Assembly (NCBI GenBank): GCA_009103225.1 | Contig: RHPI01002069.1 | Coordinates: 262,702 to 326,701, forward strand | Source: Chlorokybus atmophyticus | Lineage: Eukaryota; Plantae; Mesostigma and Chlorokybus algae | Length of the DNA: 64,000 bases | Direction of reading: 5' to 3' | Shown: positions 61,691 to 64,000 of the stretch, piece by piece | Layout: every line of letters begins with the position of its first letter | How positions within the stretch are numbered: position 1 is the first letter of the stretch | Program-made: the position numbers and the translations under genes | The notes under the pieces: model-generated | Seen by the model: only the letters and a program-made list of their open reading frames with translations | Database searches by the model: none | Told to the model about the DNA's origin: nothing

Positions 61691-64000
61691 GTGCTGGTGG
61701 AAGTCTCCAAGCTTGACACAAGATTCGCAAAGGCTGATACCAAAGCAGTTGGAGGGAAGGGGGAGCCTGTAGTCAATGTACGCAAGTGGCAGACAATCAG
61801 TACTGCAATGCTGGAGGATGAACTGTTTAGAGCCCCGCCTGAGGTCGTTGAAGGTGCTCCAGGCGAAATTGATCAAGATAGACAGGAGAACTGGCGTCGA
61901 CTGCAGGCAGATGCTGATGAGCACTATGAAGCGCTTCTTGCACAGCTCTTGCATGCTCAAGGGTTGGACAACACGCATTGGCAAGCGACTGTTAGCCAGC
62001 TGGCGCGAAAGGCAGTTGCTGCTGTGCGGTGTGACGTAACTGCGTCCAATGACGGTGCTATGGACCCGAGTATATACGTGCGAGTCAAGGTCATTGCATC
62101 TGGTGATCGTGAGGACAGGTAAGCATTCACCACAACAACTGCTCCGCTTTGCATGCCGTGCTCATGTGGTGTTGATGCATGAATGTGCACAGTTGTGCGG
62201 TTCGAGGAGTTGTGTGTCGAAAGAATGTTGCACATCGCCGCATGAGAACAAAGATTGAACATCCCAAGGTCATGTTGCTTGGTGGTGCTTTGGAGTATAG
62301 GCAACCAACAGATCAGCGTTTAGCGACCATGGACACGCTTCTCGAGCAGGTAGTGTATCATGGAGTCAGCGCTAGTCACTTTGTGGCTGTCAAAGGAAGA
62401 GATCTGACAGCTGCATGAATTGCAGGAACAAGCACATTTAGAAGGTGTGGTAGCGACCATCGCAGAGCAACATCCAGACGTTTTGTTGGTGGAAAAGGCT
62501 GTGTCGCGCTTTGCGCAGGAAAGCCTGCTTGAAAAGGGAGTCTCCCTGGTGCGCGCATGTAACCATTTCGTGCATCGCTAGTGCTCACTTGAATTGAGCA
62601 GTTTCCTTGGCAGCTTGCGCAGAGAGCTAATCCAGGTCAACCGTATATTGGGCAGGTGTTGAATGTCAAACCTGTCCTCATGGAACGCCTGGCGCGCTGC
62701 ACAGGAGCAAAGCTTGTTGATGCAGTGGAGAATGTTGGATCTGCACAGCTGGGCACCTGTGAAGAGTTTCGGGTGGAGCACTTTTATGAACCGCGCGAAT
62801 CTGGAGCAGACGTCGCTGATCCAGAGGCAGCTGCCAACATGACCGGGAGCAACAAGACATTGATGTTTTTTGACGGCTGCCCTGTTTCACTGGGCTGCAC
62901 AATCATACTACGAGGAGGAACAGAACAGGAGCTGAAGATGGTCAAGGAGGTCATGGAGTTTGCTGTGTATGCTGCCTACCACCTGCAGTTGGAATTGGCG
63001 TTCTTATCCGATGAACAAGCGGCCCTTCCAGCAGAGCGCCAGCTGTCCAGCGGGTGGACTCCACCTGCTTGTATCATATCTATATCCCCTCATATCACGT
63101 ACTGGGATGAGGGTGGTCAGGCCATCCCATCTTCTACTGCTCAGCAGGTCCATCCCTAGTTGTGTCTGTTATCCTTGCCACCACTGAGTTGATGTAGCTT
63201 ATCAACCAGGCAACCATGCTGTAGCTAATGATTGGCGGTTGCAGGTCTCTTCACACTCCCATGCTCAAACACCTGAGCACCCAGTACAGCCTGAAATGTC
63301 CCCAGCGGAGCATCAGAGTATCTTGGTTTCTGTTTCATGCAGATGGCCTGTGAAGCGGATACTTTGCAAGCCACCCATTTTGCAATGCATCACTTTCTAT
63401 GGTTCGAATGATATGCCTCTTGGAGCCTTCATCACCAACGTACTGTTTCAAAAGGTGCATTGGCCATTTGGTTGTGCACGCATGAGCATCCCCGATGCTG
63501 TCAGCTCTAACCTGGTTTCGTTTGCAGGAGCGCAAATGCCAGCATGAGCGCTGTGGCATGGATGGTCCATCACATGTGCGCACGTACACGCATGCGCATG
63601 GACGCCTTACCGTCAGTGTGCACACAATGCCCAGTTTGTCTGTACTTCCCTTGGATTCCAATGGCACCTTGTGGATGTGGCACTGCTGCAGAGCTTGCAT
63701 GGCGAAGCACACAAGTGATGATCCCTTGGCGTTCGCTCGGTGCGTAAGGATGTCTTCTGCAACTTGGTCACTGTCATTTGGGAAGTTTCTGGAGCTCTCC
63801 TTCTCAGAACACTACACGGTCTCAGCCCTGGAGAGCTGCAATCACTCCTTGCACAGAGATCACCTGAGGTTCTTCGGCCGTGGAGACATGGTTGCTTGCT
63901 TTGAATATGACTCCGTTGTGCCTCTACGTGTGCACATGCCAGCAACTGCGATGGAGCTGTTTGCTCCAGCACGTATGGACTGGCTTCAAGCTGAAGCAAC
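61691..64000 (+). CDS. FAB1: FAB1/PIKfyve phosphatidylinositol-3-phosphate 5-kinase, 5' part (runs off the window)
   Basis: CCT/Cpn60-like domain: MDPSIYVRVKVIASG, GVVCRKNVAHRRMRTKIEHPKVMLLGGALEY, PDVLLVEKAVSRFAQESLL, NVKPVLMERLARCTGA, KTLMFFDGCPVSLGCTIILRG, KEVMEFAVYAAYHLQLE. Then HQSILVS, FYGSNDMPLG, MSSATWSLSFGKFLELSF, HRDHLRFFG. The start was not resolved. Confidence 0.9.

Overview
Intron-rich eukaryotic nuclear DNA from the green lineage. Evidence: plastid-targeted VIPP and BASS4, a plant-type TAF1 with a ubiquitin-like insert, and plant telo-boxes. A DLEC1/CFAP81 gene implies a flagellate-capable alga. The standard genetic code is used (TAA/TAG/TGA stops). I read 14 spliced protein genes by hand: DLEC1(-), BASS4(+), a VIPP/PspA-IM30 homologue(-), TAF1(-), a PTEN-like phosphatase(+), a C2-flanked SHIP-like inositol 5-phosphatase(-), a plastid-targeted NTF2/SnoaL-like + DJ-1/PfpI fusion(+), SDHAF2(-), NIP7(+), two head-to-head paralogous small membrane/coiled-coil genes, FolD(-), NRAMP(-) and a partial FAB1/PIKfyve(+). 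Twelve of the 14 lie in divergent pairs. Mobile DNA comprises a TA-flanked Tc1/mariner-type MITE, a decayed Penelope-like RT interrupted by a complete 494-bp TRIM (79-bp LTRs, PBS, PPT, 5-bp TSD), an unexplained ~130-bp dispersed repeat and a ~317-bp (GA)n tract. Most notable are the 581-aa plastid fusion enzyme, a TAF1 with four apparently intact bromodomains, the nested TRIM, and a PTEN with a rewired P-loop beside a SHIP-like phosphatase. All family assignments come from motif recognition by eye; no database searches were run, and some gene starts are approximate.
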